From Octopus vulgaris (taxonomy: Eukaryota), in assembly GCA_951406725.2 (NCBI GenBank), contig OX597817.1, forward strand, positions 17,236,001-17,300,000: a stretch of DNA of 64,000 nt, read 5' to 3'. Shown here in pieces: positions 1-13,736 of this stretch. How positions within the stretch are numbered: the stretch's first letter is position 1; each line of letters begins with the position of its first letter. The position numbers and the translations under genes were made by a program. Below the pieces are notes generated by a model, which saw only the letters and a list, made by a program, of their open reading frames with translations, did not search any database and had not been told where the DNA came from.

Positions 1-152
1 CGTTCCCGTCACTTAGCGGTTCGGCAAAAGAGACTGATAGAATAAGTACTGGGCTTACAAAGATTAAGTCCCGGGGTCGATTTGCTTGACTAAAGATGGT
101 GCTCCAGCATGGCCACAGTCAAATGACTGAAACAAGTAAAAGAGTAAAGAGT
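1..152 (+). mobile_element. SINE family A, 3' part
   Basis: Tail ...cagtcaaatgactgaaacaagtaaaagagta; cut by the window start. Confidence 0.9.
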
Positions 153-370
153 ATACAAACACATACGTACATTACAATGGCTTTTTTCAGTTTCAGTCTA
201 CCAAATTTTCTCACAAAGCTTTGGTTGGTCTAAGAATGAACCTAAAAGCATGTGGTTATGAAGCTAACTTGTTAACCACACAGCTATACACATGACTTTG
301 GTTGGCCCAGGGTTATTGTAGAATACACTAGGCCAAGGTGCCATGTAGTGGGACTGAGCCTAAAGCCATG

Positions 371-562
371 TATAGTAATCCCTCACCATATCGCAGTTTA
401 TTATTTAAGCTTACATCGATTCCTCTGTGGTGGTGTTTTGCATTTATAATTAAATAAATATATACTAATTATAAAAATAAATTTTAAAAATTCGTGAATT
501 TTCACCTATCACAAGGGGTTGGGGTGGAACATAACACCCACAATAGTCAAAGGATTAGAGTA
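371..562. mobile_element. Tigger/pogo-like MITE inserted at TA in an old SINE head
   Basis: TA-TAGTAATCCCTC ... AAAGGATTAGAG-TA degenerate TIRs; the SINE head resumes on both sides. Confidence 0.55.
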
Positions 563-602
563 GTTAGGAAGCAAACTTTCTAACTACACAGCTATATAAT
601 AT

Positions 603-1027
603 ATACGTAAAAAGCACCATCTGATCGTGGCCATTTGCCAGCCTCGCCTCACCTCTGTGCCGGTGGCACGTAAAAGCACCATCCGATCGTGGCCGTTTGC
701 CAGCCTTGCCTGGCCTCCGTGCCGGTGGCACATAAAAAGCACCATCCGATCGTGGCCATTTGCCAGCCTTGCCTGGCCTCTGTGCCAGTGGCATGTAAAA
801 AGCACCATCCGATCATGGCCGTTTGCCAGCCTCGTCTGGCACCTGTGCCAATGGCACGTAAAAAGCACCCACTACACTTATGGAGTGGTTGGCATTAGGA
901 AGAGCATCCAGCCGTAGAAACATTGCCAGATCAGACTGGGCCTGGTGCAGCCTTCTGGCTTCCCAGACCCCAGTTGCACCATCCAACCCATGCCAGCATG
1001 GAAAGCAGATGCTAAATGATGATGATG
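603..1027 (+). mobile_element. Family D non-autonomous retroelement: 63 bp tandem array (4 units), RTE-like 3' part, (GAT)n tail
   Basis: agcacc recurs at 613, 675, 738, 801, 864, followed by ggttggcattaggaagagcatccagccgtagaaac and catgccagcatgg..(gat)n. Confidence 0.8.
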
Positions 1028-1268
1028 AAAACAAAGAGGAGAATGGAGATTTATTCACATCCAAAACTTTTCATTAAAACATTTTCTACAGCATATATAA
1101 CAATGACCAGCATATGTTTCAACTGCAGCAACTGCACGTTGTTTCGTATGCAATTATGCATCCTAGTCGCAATTTCATCAAGGGTCCATCACTTAGGATG
1201 TTTTCAAAGTGAACTAATTCAAACAAGCTTCCTGCATTGGTATTCTGTTGAAGGTTATTTTTTTTTTT

Positions 1269-1666
1269 CTCTTTTTACTTGTTTCAGTCATTTGACTGCG
1301 GCCATGCTGGTGCACCGCCTTTAATCGAGCAACTCGACCCCGGGACTTATTCTTTGTAAGCCCAGTACTTATTCTATCGGTCTCTTTTGCTGAACCGCTA
1401 TGTGACGGGGACATAAACACACCAGCATCAGTTGTCAAGCAATGCTAGGGGGACAAACACTGACACACAAACATACACGCACATACATATATATGCATAT
1501 ATACGACGGGCTTCTTTCAGTTTCCATCTACCAAATCCACTCACAATGCTTTGGTCGGCCCGAGGCTATAGTAGAAGACACTTGCCCAAGGTGCCACGCA
1601 GTGGGACTGAACCCGGAACCATGTGGTTGGTAAACAAGCTACTTACCACGCAGCCACTCCTGCGCT
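1269..1666 (-). mobile_element. SINE family A (tRNA-derived head, CORE-like segment)
   Basis: Head with A box TGGCTG(T/C)GTGG and B box GGTTCAGTCC, accttgggcaagt CORE-like motif, internal TA/TG microsatellite, (AAAAGAGT)n tail. Confidence 0.92.
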
Positions 1667-1881
1667 ATAGCGTTACTTTTTAAATCAAATTGAATTCTAT
1701 ATGAGAGAGAGAGAGAAAGTGAGAGAGGAAAAGAGAGTGAAAAAGAGTAAAGAAGAGAAAGATGAAAGAATGAATGAGAAGCCAGAGAGAGTGTAAAAGT
1801 AAGTTAGTGAAGAGACAACTCTTCAAATATTATAGCAGGTAAAAACAAAGAAATTCTTGGCTACACAGAAGCTGCTCAACT

Positions 1882-2108
1882 TTAACCCTTTAGCATTTAA
1901 ACTGGCCATATCCGGCCAAAATATTTGATCTGTTTTATGTTCAAACTGACCAGATCCAGGCTCTCACACCTACCCTACAATGTTATTCTACATTAAGTAA
2001 TTACACCATCAAGATCTTGAAGATATGAGATAATGCCTTATTAATTCAAATCAATGGGAATCAATAGGCATTATGCTTGATTGAATAATCTGAACACTAA
2101 AGGGTTAA
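1882..2108. mobile_element. piggyBac-type MITE
   Basis: TTAA-CCCTTTAG ... CTAAAGGG-TTAA ends; same family at 29148 and 57686. Confidence 0.85.
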
Positions 2109-2642
2109 ACAGCAGAAAGAAGATAAGATGAAACACGAGAAGAAAATATTGTGAGATGTAAAATAGATGAAGAATTACTGACTGGGGACAGGAGTAAACC
2201 CCATTATTACGCTAATCCTTTGACTAGGAAAGATAAGAGTTCGCATGAATGATATGCATCCATTATTTTCAAAAGTTAGTTCACTTGAAAAGGAAATGAA
2301 AGAGAAATGTTTCAGATAATTTGAAAAGGGATAGCAATTGTGTTCAGAGAGGTTTTATAAATAGTCACCCATTTAAGAGGTTAGCAGTATTAATGTTAAC
2401 ATATGTCTGAATAGGAATTGACATACTAACATAATTTTGCTCTATTTGGCAGAATGTACCTAAGTAAGTAAATTTCATATGAACAGGAATGAATAGTCAT
2501 TGAGGAAGTTGTATTGAAATGTCAGCTATCAATAGATATCAGTAAAGGCTTTAATTTAAAATTACAAAGTATAAAACTGCAAATGATTGTCTTTTTTTCA
2601 TTATTTCGGCAATTATTCAACTAAATGAAATACCAATATAAG

Positions 2643-3322
2643 TTTAACACTTTTGTCACCATATTTCTACTGAAATACACTGCCACTCTCTTTTACTCTT
2701 TACTCTTTTACTCTTTTACTTGTTTCAGTCATTTGACTGTGGCCATGCTGGAGCACCACCTTTAGTCGAGCAAATCGACCCCGGGACTTATTCTTTGTAA
2801 GCCCAGTACTTATTCTATTGGTTTCTTTTGCCGAATCGCTAAGTGACGGAGACGTAAACACACCATCATCGGTTGTCAAGCAATGCTAGAGGGGCAAACA
2901 CAGACACACAAACATATACACACACATACAAATATATATATATACATATATACGACAGGCTTCTTTCAGTTTCCGTCTACCAAATCCACTCACAAGGCTT
3001 TGGTCGGCCCGAGGCTATAGCAGAAGACACTTGCCCAAGATGCCACGCAGTGGGACTGAACACAGAACCATGTGGTTGGTAAGCAAGCTACTTACCACAC
3101 AGCCACTCCTGCGCCTATTTCGATTGGTTTTGAATATAATGTTTCGATTGGTTTTGAATATAATGAACAATTTAATAAAATAACTCAATATTAAGCTTGT
3201 GTGTAGAGCATAAATTAACATGAAATTTTGAAGAAAATTTTCATCTTAGATCGCTTTAAAAAGGTGAAGTTTGTAATGTAGAATAAGGTCAGTTTTTGGT
3301 GGGCAGGTATCAAAAAAGGTAA
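2643..3322. mobile_element. Older piggyBac-type MITE split by a SINE A insertion (2685-3116)
   Basis: Degenerate TTAACACTTTTG ... CAAAAAAGGTAA ends; body resembles 39902-40130. Confidence 0.5.
2685..3116 (-). mobile_element. SINE family A
   Basis: Full-length match to the other copies. Confidence 0.92.
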
Positions 3323-3413
3323 CAGACTAAAGTTTAGAAAGAACAAAAAAAAAAACTTCATTCACAGATTCTTGCAGAGGTTTTCTTGTATAACCGTGAT
3401 AATTAAAATATTC

Positions 3414-3803
3414 TTTTCTACTCTAGGCACAAGGCCCAAAATTTTGGGGGAGGAGGCCAGTTGATTAGATCAACTCCAATACACAACTGGTACTTAATTT
3501 ATCGACCCCAAAAGGTAAAGTCGACCTCAGCTGAATTTGAAATCAGAAAGTAAAGAGAAATGAAATACCTATTTCTTTACTACCCACAAGGGGCTAAACA
3601 CAGAAGAGACAAACAAGGACAGACAAATGGATTAGGTCAATTATATCAACCCCAGTGCATAACTGGTACTTATTTAATCGACCCCGAAAGGATGAAAGGC
3701 AAAGTTGACCGCGGCAGAATTTGAACTCAGAATGTAGCGGCAGATGAATTACCACTAAGCATTTCGCCCAGTGAGCTAACGTTTCTGCCAGCTTGTCGCC
3801 TTA
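3414..3803 (-). mobile_element. Dimeric SINE family C
   Basis: Full monomer (3570-3802) plus a headless second monomer with a different tail (3414-3569), both inside a 15 bp TSD ataattaaaatattc. Confidence 0.85.
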
Positions 3804-4283
3804 TAATAATTAAAATATTCAAACATTTAAACAAGCCTAATCTCAGTGTTTCCACAATTCCATTTTATGAGAATTTTATAATGTAGTAAACCACTCAAAT
3901 GTCTGTGACATTATAAATAAATACATATTTATTATTTACACATATATACAGACTAAGCATTGATTGAGATTAGTATTTGTTTGGACAGAGGTCATGAATT
4001 TTATTGTTCTGAACTAAAAAGTACTGGCTTTCTTTGTCTGGTATCTTTTGAAGACCTATCTTTAAGACATTTGTCATAACAGAAATCAAGGACAAGCACT
4101 TGTTCTTGGTATTACCATGACTTGAGTAAGAATTTGCAATCAAGTTTATATATGTGGCTAGCAACATGAGAATATAAACCTTATAGTTTGGGCTTGCTTG
4201 AAATACACATACAACACATAAAAGAAGGCATATATAATCATTGTTACTTTTATACATTAAATTACATAGTGTATGAAACTTGC

Positions 4284-4338
4284 CTTTTAAACAGTTTAGG
4301 TAATTTCGGAGATCTTTCTGAAGCTTTGTAAGTATTGC
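4284..4338 (-). CDS. Amph: Amphiphysin/BIN1-family gene, next coding exon (equivalent to exon 3), AILTKLQKDLRNYLNCLK + 1 nt
   Basis: 55 nt exon with T-rich tract + gcag acceptor and AAAAG|gcaagt (GC) donor. Continues the 32901-32981 exon in frame and resembles BIN1 TEGTRLQKDLRTYLASVK. Confidence 0.9.
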
Positions 4339-4922
4339 CTGCAAAAAAAAAAAAGTATATATATATATATATATATATATTAGGAAGAAGAGGAAATGAG
4401 TCAGTAACCAACAGTAAGCATTAATAGTAGCCACCTTCAGAGCTAATTACAATAAGAGAAACAATAATGATGACACCAGAAATACCTCTGCTACAACAGA
4501 TACTTAGAATGAAAGAAGAATGACAACTGCAAAATTAGACAACAGACACTTGAAACTTTGTGAGTACAAATGCTTTGCTCTGCTATAAATGATCAATAAG
4601 AAAACTGCAGGATATTGCCGAAAGTTTGCAAAAACTGTTCAAATTGGGATTGCATATGACATTAAAAATTTAAATAATGTGTAGAATATATAATATGAAA
4701 TTGACGTTTAGACAGAACAATGAATATATGTACACAAGAATTAAAGTGGTATTTCATATGCACTAAAAGATATTGTCACAACATAATGCATCTAATTATA
4801 AAGGCCATGAATAGTAATATTTTTCTTTATGGAAAGTCATTCAGTCAGAGAAATTAATAGCAAAATGGTGAGAAAACGCTGATGATATAGTGCAACTGGA
4901 AACCTTGAAAATATATTTAATA

Positions 4923-5126
4923 ACTCTTTTACTCTTCTACTTGTTTCAGTCATTTGACTGCGGCCATGCTGGAGCACCGCCTTTTAGTCGAGCAAATCGA
5001 CCCTGGGACTTATTCTTTGTAAGCCCAGTACTTATTCTATCGGTCTCTTTTTGCCGAACCGCTAAGTGACGGGGACGTAAACACACCAACATCGGTTGTC
5101 AAGCAATGCTAGGGGGACAAACACAG

Positions 5127-5171
<45 letters not shown>

Positions 5172-5337
5172 TACGACAGGCTTCTTTCAGTTTCCGTCTA
5201 CCAAATTCACTCACAAGGCATTGGTCGGTCTGGGGCTATAGCAGAAGACACTTGCCCAAGATGCCACGCAGTGGGACTGAACCCGGAACCATGTGGCTGG
5301 TTAGCAAGCTACTTACCACACAGCTACTCCTGCGCCT
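4923..5337 (-). mobile_element. SINE family A
   Basis: Full-length match. Confidence 0.92.
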
Positions 5338-6071
5338 ATAATGTTAACTTTTTTTTTTTTCTTTAAAGAAAAGATAAGGACTCTGTTTACAGAACATATG
5401 TGATGATATAAATAAGTGGAATAAATGAATGCCAAATTCTGAGATAGACTACCAAAAGATTTGAGATCAACCTTGAGAGAATAGACCTTGTATGAAAAAC
5501 ATTCCAGTCATGAAAACCCCATAATTTTGTACATCAGGAATTATATCCTTTATCTGAGACAGTACAATGTGATTTAGAGGAAATTTGGCTGCTCTCTCCA
5601 GTAAATTAAATGACCATGTAGAAGCTCAATTGGTGGAAACTGAGAGTAGCCTTCATACATTGATGCCACCTCACATAAGAGAAAACTGTTAGTTAGACAG
5701 CTATACATGATACAGTGGGCAGACCAGATGATGCTCTCATCTACCAAAAAACATTTCTCTCTCATACACAGATTATTTTGTTCTGTAGGAGTAGTTGATG
5801 TCAGAATGATGTGAGGTATGAATTACTGAGAGGTGTGATAACATGGTGGGAGGAAGAGCAGACAGTGTTTTAGTTATACACACACACACACACAAATAAA
5901 TTTAACATTAGTATCATTATAATAGAGATTCAGAAATCTATAACTATTACTTTTTTAGAATAGCTGTGGATGCTAATAAATGGTGAAATACTACAATTAC
6001 TAGCTTAAAATGCTAAATTCAATGTTCCATCTGCAATTTTGTGCGTTATTGGTTAAAAAATAGTAATGCTA

Positions 6072-6443
6072 TCTCTCTATATATAAACGGCAGTTTGTCT
6101 GTGTGTGTTTCTGTGTGTCTGTTAGGTTGTACCCTCACCCTGACCACGGCTTTCAACCGATTCTGATGAAACTTGACACACACATAGCCCAATGTCATAA
6201 TTCAAAACTAACGCAGCGAAAGCTTTGAAAAGTTCCCCCAGTTCTGAAAAAAATCGATAAATTCGACATGGCGTCGAGAATCAGAAACACAAACCACAGA
6301 CTGTCTAGGGGACGCAACTCGACCTTTTTAACTAAAAAAAAAATTTACCATAATATTTTTTCCATTTTTTGGCTATAACTCTCTAAAAATGCTTTATAGT
6401 TATTTCCCTTACAAACCCGAGCAACGCCGGGCAATACTGCTAG
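6072..6443 (+). mobile_element. Non-autonomous Helitron
   Basis: A|TC start, subterminal hairpin CCCG..CGGG, CTAG|T end, no TSD. Confidence 0.75.
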
Positions 6444-8849
6444 TAATAAATAAATCTAATCATCTCTCAGGAAATTCACACTGACATAAAACTGCATCTG
6501 CCAGTGTCAATAAAATAATGATATTATATATATGAATGAGCAAGGCTTCAGCTTTATAGAAGAGGGGGAAAATGCAATTGATGTAGTATTCATACCTTTT
6601 CTAAAAACATTCCCAATATTATTATTATTTCCTATTGCCAACTTTTATGACCCATTGAACCAGCACTTATATATACAGTTCCAGTGGTGTTAAGTAGATA
6701 TGAAATAAATCTCCTGAAAATAACCATACCAGTCTATTGCCAATAACTTTTTTCCATGGCAGATTTCAACATGGTATAGCAAGCCACTTCTTGGTTTTTT
6801 AGGGTGCTGCCAATGCTGGAAGCAATGAATTTACATGATTCTTCAGGAACTTCATGCAGCTAGGTACCTTGAGGGATTAAGAGCAAAGTGTCTTGGTCAT
6901 AAATGCAATGGTGGTCATAAATCAGTGATGGGATAAAAAAAATAATAAAAAGTCCTCCCAGTCGGTTGCTCCAGTATTTTTTCAACTGAACCATTTATGA
7001 TCCAAAAAAAAAAAAAAAAAAAAAAAAAAACATAAATGAAGTGAAATGACTTGACATGGGAACTAAAACCATGGTATGAGCTTGGATTATTGTAGAGTTT
7101 TCTCTGTGGTAGTTGCAGCAAAATAAGTAGCAACAACACAATAGAATGATTAAAAACCAATATTGTATCTAATAGGTGAGCACCAAACAGTTAACTGGTT
7201 ACAGTCAATCCTAAGCTCAACTCTCTAAACCCAGATTAAAGTTTGAAGCATGGTTTGGCTGATGTAGGTTAAGATTAGGTTTCATTTGAATTACTATACA
7301 TGAAGTCTAGTCTACATATATAACACTAGTAAGAGTAATTCCAAGAGGAATGCAGTCCTGGTAAAGGAAGAAAATGAGAAAAATGGATGGGATGGGGTCA
7401 AGGAAGGATAAGAACACTAGGTTTTGTGAAGATGAGTTTAAGGTAGGGAGTATAAAATTATTTACTTCACAAAGTCTAAACAATAACAAGTAAGACTATG
7501 TCAGGCTTGGGGAACTGTTTTCAAGAAACAGGCTGCATAGGACTTGGTTGATCAAGAAATGGCCTGCACTACTTAGAATATTAAAGGTAATTTTTTGCTA
7601 GACATTCTATTCTGAAAGTTCCAGGGGCCACAGTCTGTCCATGACTGCTCTATGTCATCACACAATGTAATGGAAATAGCAATCAAATCTCCTTCCAGTT
7701 ACATCTCAATAGCTTAAAAACGATGTTTATGGTTGAAATACCCTGATCATAATTCTACTTTACAGACTGAGTGCTTTTCACATGGTACCAACACTAGTGA
7801 GTAAACACACACACACACACACACAAGGCTTCTGTATAATTTCTGTCTTCTAATTTCTCTTACAAGGTATAGGTCAGCCCAAGGTTGTAGTGGAAGAGAC
7901 TTGCCCAAGATGCTCTGCAGTGGGATGGAACCCAAAATTTCATAACAATACACCTATGCCAATCCATATAGCACAACTGGCAGCAAAGTGGACTATTTAA
8001 TTACAGAGAAGTATTAAGTAGCCACACTTTAGATAATAATCAATGTAACATGCTACCAGGTCACAGGTGCGGCTGTGAAATTAAGAAGCTTCCTTCCAAC
8101 CCATGTAGTTTTGAGTTTAGTTTCACTTCACAACACTTCAGCTATAGCTCCTGGCTAACCAATGAGTGAATTCAGTAAGCAAAGACTGAAAGAAGTCAGT
8201 CACATATGCATGTGTATCTGTGTGTGTGTGCTTTTATAGAAGCAATGTTTGTTTCCACTCTTCTGTGGAAAACATATCAGAGCATGAGGAAATATTACCT
8301 TGCTTGGAAACTGGTGAGGGTTGTCAACAGAAAGGGCATCCAACTATAGAAAACCTGCCTCAATAAATTTCATCTAACCTGTCTAAGTTTTGAAAAGTGA
8401 ACATTAAAACTATGCTATATATGGATATATATATCATAATCATTTAAAGTCTGCTTTCCATGCTGGCATGAGTTGAGAAATTTGATAGAAGCCAACATGT
8501 CAGAGCTGGTTTGGGCAAAGTTTCAGGAGCTGGATGCCCTTCTCAATACCAACCACTTTACAGAGTGTACTGAGTGCTTTTTACATGGTACCAGTATAGT
8601 GAGGGTCTGGCAACTTGCAAAACTAAAAAGTTTAAAGGGGACCCCTGAAGGAGAGAGATGATTTTAGGCAAGATGATGAAGTGTGATGAGAAACAGATTT
8701 ACAATTGAGAAGGTGGAAGTCCTGAAGAGAGTAACAAAGTAGTCATTATTGCAAGAGTATGGAAGGAACAAGGGGGAAGGAAAGGGATTAGAGCCAGTGT
8801 TAGCAAGAAATGGAAGGACAGAGTGGTAAAGGTGATGACGTGGGTTGTG

Positions 8850-9190
8850 TAGAGAGGTTCCAGAGTTATTTCACATTATAAAGGTGAGTAGGGATAGAAG
8901 GTATGAGAAGAGAAAATAGATGAGGGTAGCAAAGATCCAGAGAGAGTCATTGAAAGAAAGAGTGGTAGGGGATCGTGGAGGGTGGGATCAGCCAAGGAGA
9001 TGAGAGTAAGACAGTAAGCAACATAGATGATGAGATTCGAGATGTTTACGATAGATGAGAGATATATACGATGGAGTGACCAGTGAAATGGATGGAGGAA
9101 GGAAAGAAGCTGGACCAATATAGGCTTTCATGCATAAACCAAGTGGATTTTGGGGGAGGTGGAGTAACAGAAGGAAGGATGACATGCAAG
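8850..9190 (-). mobile_element. Possible very decayed Penelope-like GIY-YIG region
   Basis: FTG...ISNLIIYVAYC remnant resembling the SSNLIYCI.C motif; heavily degraded. Confidence 0.3.
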
Positions 9191-9476
9191 CCAAACCTTC
9201 ATAACATGCAAAAATGTATTATTTAACCTCTTGACATCAAAAAGAAGTGTAATATTAATAACTAGGTTAATAACTATTACATTTATGCAATTCCATTATT
9301 ATAATAGCAGTGGAATTTTAAAATACAAGGATTTCTAACATAGGTACATTGCCACAAATTCTGGAGTAGGTTATATTACGCCCAGCACTTGACCAGTACT
9401 TATTTTATCAACCCTGGAAAGAATAAAAAGCAATGTTGAGCCCAGCAGGATATGAACTTATATTGTAAAGGGACAT

Positions 9477-9640
9477 AGGCACAGGAGTGGCTGTGTGGTA
9501 AGTAGCTTGCTAACCAACCACATGGTTCCGGGTTCAGTCCCACTGCGTGGCATCTTGGGCAAGTGTCTTCTACTATAGCCTCGGGCCGACCAATGCCTTG
9601 TGAGTGGATTTGGTAGACGGAAACTGAAAGAAGCCTGTCG

Positions 9641-9717
<77 letters not shown>

Positions 9718-9920
9718 TTGTGTGTCTGTGTTTGTCCCCCTAGCATTGCTTGACAACTGATGCTGGTGTGTTTACGTCCCCGTCACTTAGCGGTTTGGCA
9801 AAAGAGACTGATAGAATAAGTACTGGGATTACAAAGTATAAGTCCCGAGGTTGATTTGCTCGACTAAAGGCGGTGCTTCAGCATGGCCGCAGTCAAATGA
9901 CTGAAACAAGTAAAATAAAA
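9477..9920 (+). mobile_element. SINE family A with expanded (TG)n
   Basis: Full-length match. Confidence 0.92.
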
Positions 9921-10444
9921 AAAATAAATAAAAAATAAATCTAAATACAGCCAAATATTTTTGACAGATGCTCTGCAAGTTCCACGAGTTCTGCCAGAAT
10001 ATCCATTTGCATCACTTTTCATGGCCTTAATACCAATATGCTAGTCGTTAATGTCCAAATATTAAATAATAATTAAAATTAAATATTTATTTCTCCACTG
10101 CAGCAATTTTTATTATAGTTTAATCCACATTAAAATTTCAGCTTTCCTACAAAGTTTAATACCCGATATTCCTACAACAAAATAATAAAATCTAAAAAAA
10201 AAGAAAAGAAAAAAAAAGACATTAATGGCTGCTAACACAATAAATAAGTAAGGTATTTACAACATATGGAGAGCAATCATGAGATTATATTTAGTCTTGA
10301 TATGTTATGCACACTATTAATTCAAACAGTTACCTCCACCCAACATTTTAAACATGTCAATTTTTTCTTCCCTACTTAAATGACATCAACAAATTGTCAT
10401 CGTTAAAATGTCATCAAATATTCCATCACATTCCATGCCATTAA

Positions 10445-10630
10445 GTTTCGCTGACCTTACCCCCATCAGATTCTTTTTCAGTTCCCTAAATATCAGAATG
10501 AAGCTGCAAGGAAAGAGGTTTGATGACATTTCGGTTTACTGTAAGACTAGACAAGTGGCTCCTCAAATTCTTCATAGTTGAAGGTTTCCAATTTTGTCTC
10601 TGGAAATGGTAGCTACGTTGGGGACATGGG
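10445..10630 (+). mobile_element. Mariner transposase C-terminal relic
   Basis: Frameshifted ADLTPSDSF..FPK..RMKLQGKRFDDI resembles mariner SPDLAPSDF.LFP.LK..L.G.RF. Confidence 0.6.
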
Positions 10631-11579
10631 TGTATAATGCAGCAAAAGACAGACAACATCAGCTGACAATATATTTTTTTATTTATTTAAATCTGCATAG
10701 AATACAACAAAATGATAATTAGGATTCTAAATCTTATAGCTTTTTTGTCACTTATGTGTGTTTGTACATGTGTATACGTGCATATATGTGCATAACTATC
10801 CATGTATGCATATGCAATAATATATGACAATGAACATATATGCAATAATGAAGGTCATGTGCACTGGTCTTCCTCTCCTGGCTGTATTAACATAAACAGT
10901 GAAAGACAGTCACAATTGTTCTATATAGAAATGAGCAAAAGACATATAGCTGTATGCACATAAGTATATTCTAATTCCCTTTCTCACTCACATACAAATG
11001 CACAAAATCATAAGCATATCCATTAAGAAAACTATCTCTAATTAGATACACATGTAACACACTTGAAATAAGACTGAAATACAATACATACATACATACA
11101 TACACATACGTACATATGCATCTATAAAATCTGTCTTGTTCTAAGAAATGCTGTGCTTATTAGAGAGGGTTTCAAATTGACCCAGACAAAAAATAGACTG
11201 GGCACTGTTATTATATCTTTAGATCAGATATGACCTCATATAACCTTTCTCAACTTGAAACACTTTTGTACTAATCGCAAACTGAGGTTGTAGCTGATGA
11301 ATCAGGTCAGTTTTAGAATGAAGTGGGGTGGAAGACAAAGAAAAAAAAATGTGGAAATTATATAGAAGTCAGTATAATTTATTTGGCTATTTTCTTTAAT
11401 ATTTTTGTTTTTTATTTTCTCAGTATCTATCTAGCAACAGACCACATATACATTTCTTTTATTTTGATTGTTTACTCAAGTTTTACGAAAAAATAAATAA
11501 ATGAATAAAATATTCCTCAAATAGCTGGAAATTACAATAAAGGTATATATAGTCCAGTCCTTTTTGTTGCCAATGGTAA

Positions 11580-12460
11580 AAGAACAAGGTGGGGAGAGTG
11601 AGAAAGGAGAAAATAAGTGACAGATGGAAATATAAGGAAAGAGGTTGGGGAAGGGGAGAGATAGAGGGAAAGAGAGAGAGATGGGGGAACAGGAAGAGAA
11701 ACGGATGAGAAAGAAAAAGTATGAAAAGATAGAGAATACAATCTGAGAAAAGGAAGATTAGAAAGTTAGAAAACAGATATGTTTGTGAGTATATGAATGC
11801 ATAATGTTTAGCGTGTTTTGGGGTGTCACAATGTATATGATATTATGTTTATATGTAAGTGTATGCTGCATATATATATAGCGAGAGAGAATGAGGAGAG
11901 ATTTGGTAAAGATAAGGGGAATAGATAGAGCTGGGTAAAAATAGGGAGTGTGAGAGAGAGAGAGAGAGAGAGTAAGAGAGAAAGATAGGAAAGAAGAATA
12001 GAGAAACAGGAATGATAGGGAGTGAGGAAAGAGAGATAGGAATTGTAGGGAGAAAGATGTTAAGGAATGATAAGAGAGTGAGGAGGAAGGACTGAGAATG
12101 AGGGTGAAAAGAGAGGGAGAGGGGGAAAACAGTGAGAAAAGAAAGGGAGAGAGAGGAAAGAGAGTAAAAAAAGAGAAAGATGAAAGCTAAATGAAGAGAA
12201 AGCATGATTGAAAGGAAAGAGAGACAGAGAGAGAGGTAGGGAGACAGACAGTGAAGACAGGGTTTGGAAAAATATGGAGTGAGGAAAGAGAGTAGAGAGA
12301 GAGAGTGTGGAGAGAGAGAGAGATAGAAAAGATTAGGAAGTGAAGAGTAAGAGGGATACATGAAATTCAGAGAATGAGAAAGAGATAGAAATGGTAAAGA
12401 TAGGAAGATAATGAAAAGCTGTGGGGGGAGGGAGCAGGGGAGAGAATAGTAGGAAGAGGG
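11580..12460. repeat. GA-rich low-complexity tract (similar tracts at 18060-18390 and 24710-25060)
   Basis: Near-pure purine strand; produces spurious S/L/F-rich ORFs. Confidence 0.9.
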
Positions 12461-12817
12461 TAATTAAAGCTGGTCTCAAATAAAGGTCACTTATAAAGAA
12501 GTTTTTTTTTTTTTTTTTTTTTTTTGGTTTTGCTTGTTTGTTTGTTTTATTTTCCAATAAATAAAAAAATAAATAAATATGAATGGAATCAGACGATAAA
12601 ATAATAAAACAAAAAAAAATAAATAAATCAATAAAAATTTTTTAAACAATCTGGAAGAAAAGTTTAATACAAACAGACAGACAATTGATGGGATAAAAAT
12701 CAAGATGAGAAATCTCATTATTGAATATAGAAAAAAAAAAACAAAAAAAAACCCCAGTGAAATTGTCTTTCCTTCGGGGGGGGGGGGTATTATTTTTATG
12801 GAGTTGTGAAAAGATAA

Positions 12818-12856
<39 letters not shown>

Positions 12857-13525
12857 GGAAAAGAAACCCAAAAGCAAGTTTCACATTTTCCCTCTGTTTC
12901 TTTTTTTCTTTTAACTGATTAAGGAGAGAGAGAGAGAAGTGAAAGTGAAACTAAGAGAGGAGGAAAAAGGCGAGAGAAGTAGAAAAGAAAGAGGAGAAAG
13001 TATAGTGGCAATGTTATGCTGGGGGTTTTATTAGTATTATCTTAATCTACTACTGATGGCAATATTAAATAATACACTTAGTGATGGTGGTGGTGGTGAT
13101 GGTGATAGTGATGCTAGTGATTATAATGACAATTACCACATAACTATGAGGGAGGAGGAATTGATTGTGACGGGGAACAATAATTGATTTTTGGCAGCAG
13201 CAATGGTTGTTTAACCACAGGTGAGACTTAATTGAGCATATTTAAAATCAAATGCATTCCAGTCATGATCATCCCATCACATTCTTTTTTTTTTTTTGTT
13301 TTTTGTTTTCTTCTATATCTAAAAACTACATTGCCTGAAGTGTTCTTCCGTTTTTTAAAACGGTAAAGTGTAATTTTAAAGAATTTGGCTACTATTTCTA
13401 ATCAGTTGAGCAACCATCTAGAGCAGAGGCATGGACCTTCTTGTCTGCAGACAAATTTGAAACTGTTCACTGACGATGTCGCTAAAATTTCATTAAAAAA
13501 AGCAAAAAAAAAAAACTAAGTAAAT

Positions 13526-13688
13526 AGGCGCAGGAATGGCTGTGTGGTAAGTAGCTTGCTAACCAACCACATGGTTCCAGGTTCACTCCCACTGCGTGGC
13601 ATCTTGGGCAAGTGTCTTCTGCTGTAGCCCCGGGCCAACCAGTGCCTTGTGAGTGGATTTGGTAGACGGAAACTGAAAGAAGCCTGTC

Positions 13689-13736
<48 letters not shown>

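Noticed and set aside
1432-1683. Recurrent MSSNARG/MLGGQT small ORF family
   Set aside because: Antisense translations of SINE family A; the frame varies with microsatellite length.
3970-4434. 154 aa ORF as a single-exon gene
   Set aside because: Only 4284-4338 resembles amphiphysin and is bounded by splice signals; the rest is intron read-through.
7150-7560. Possible old RT fragment (IYVD)
   Set aside because: Too few recognisable motifs to assign by eye.
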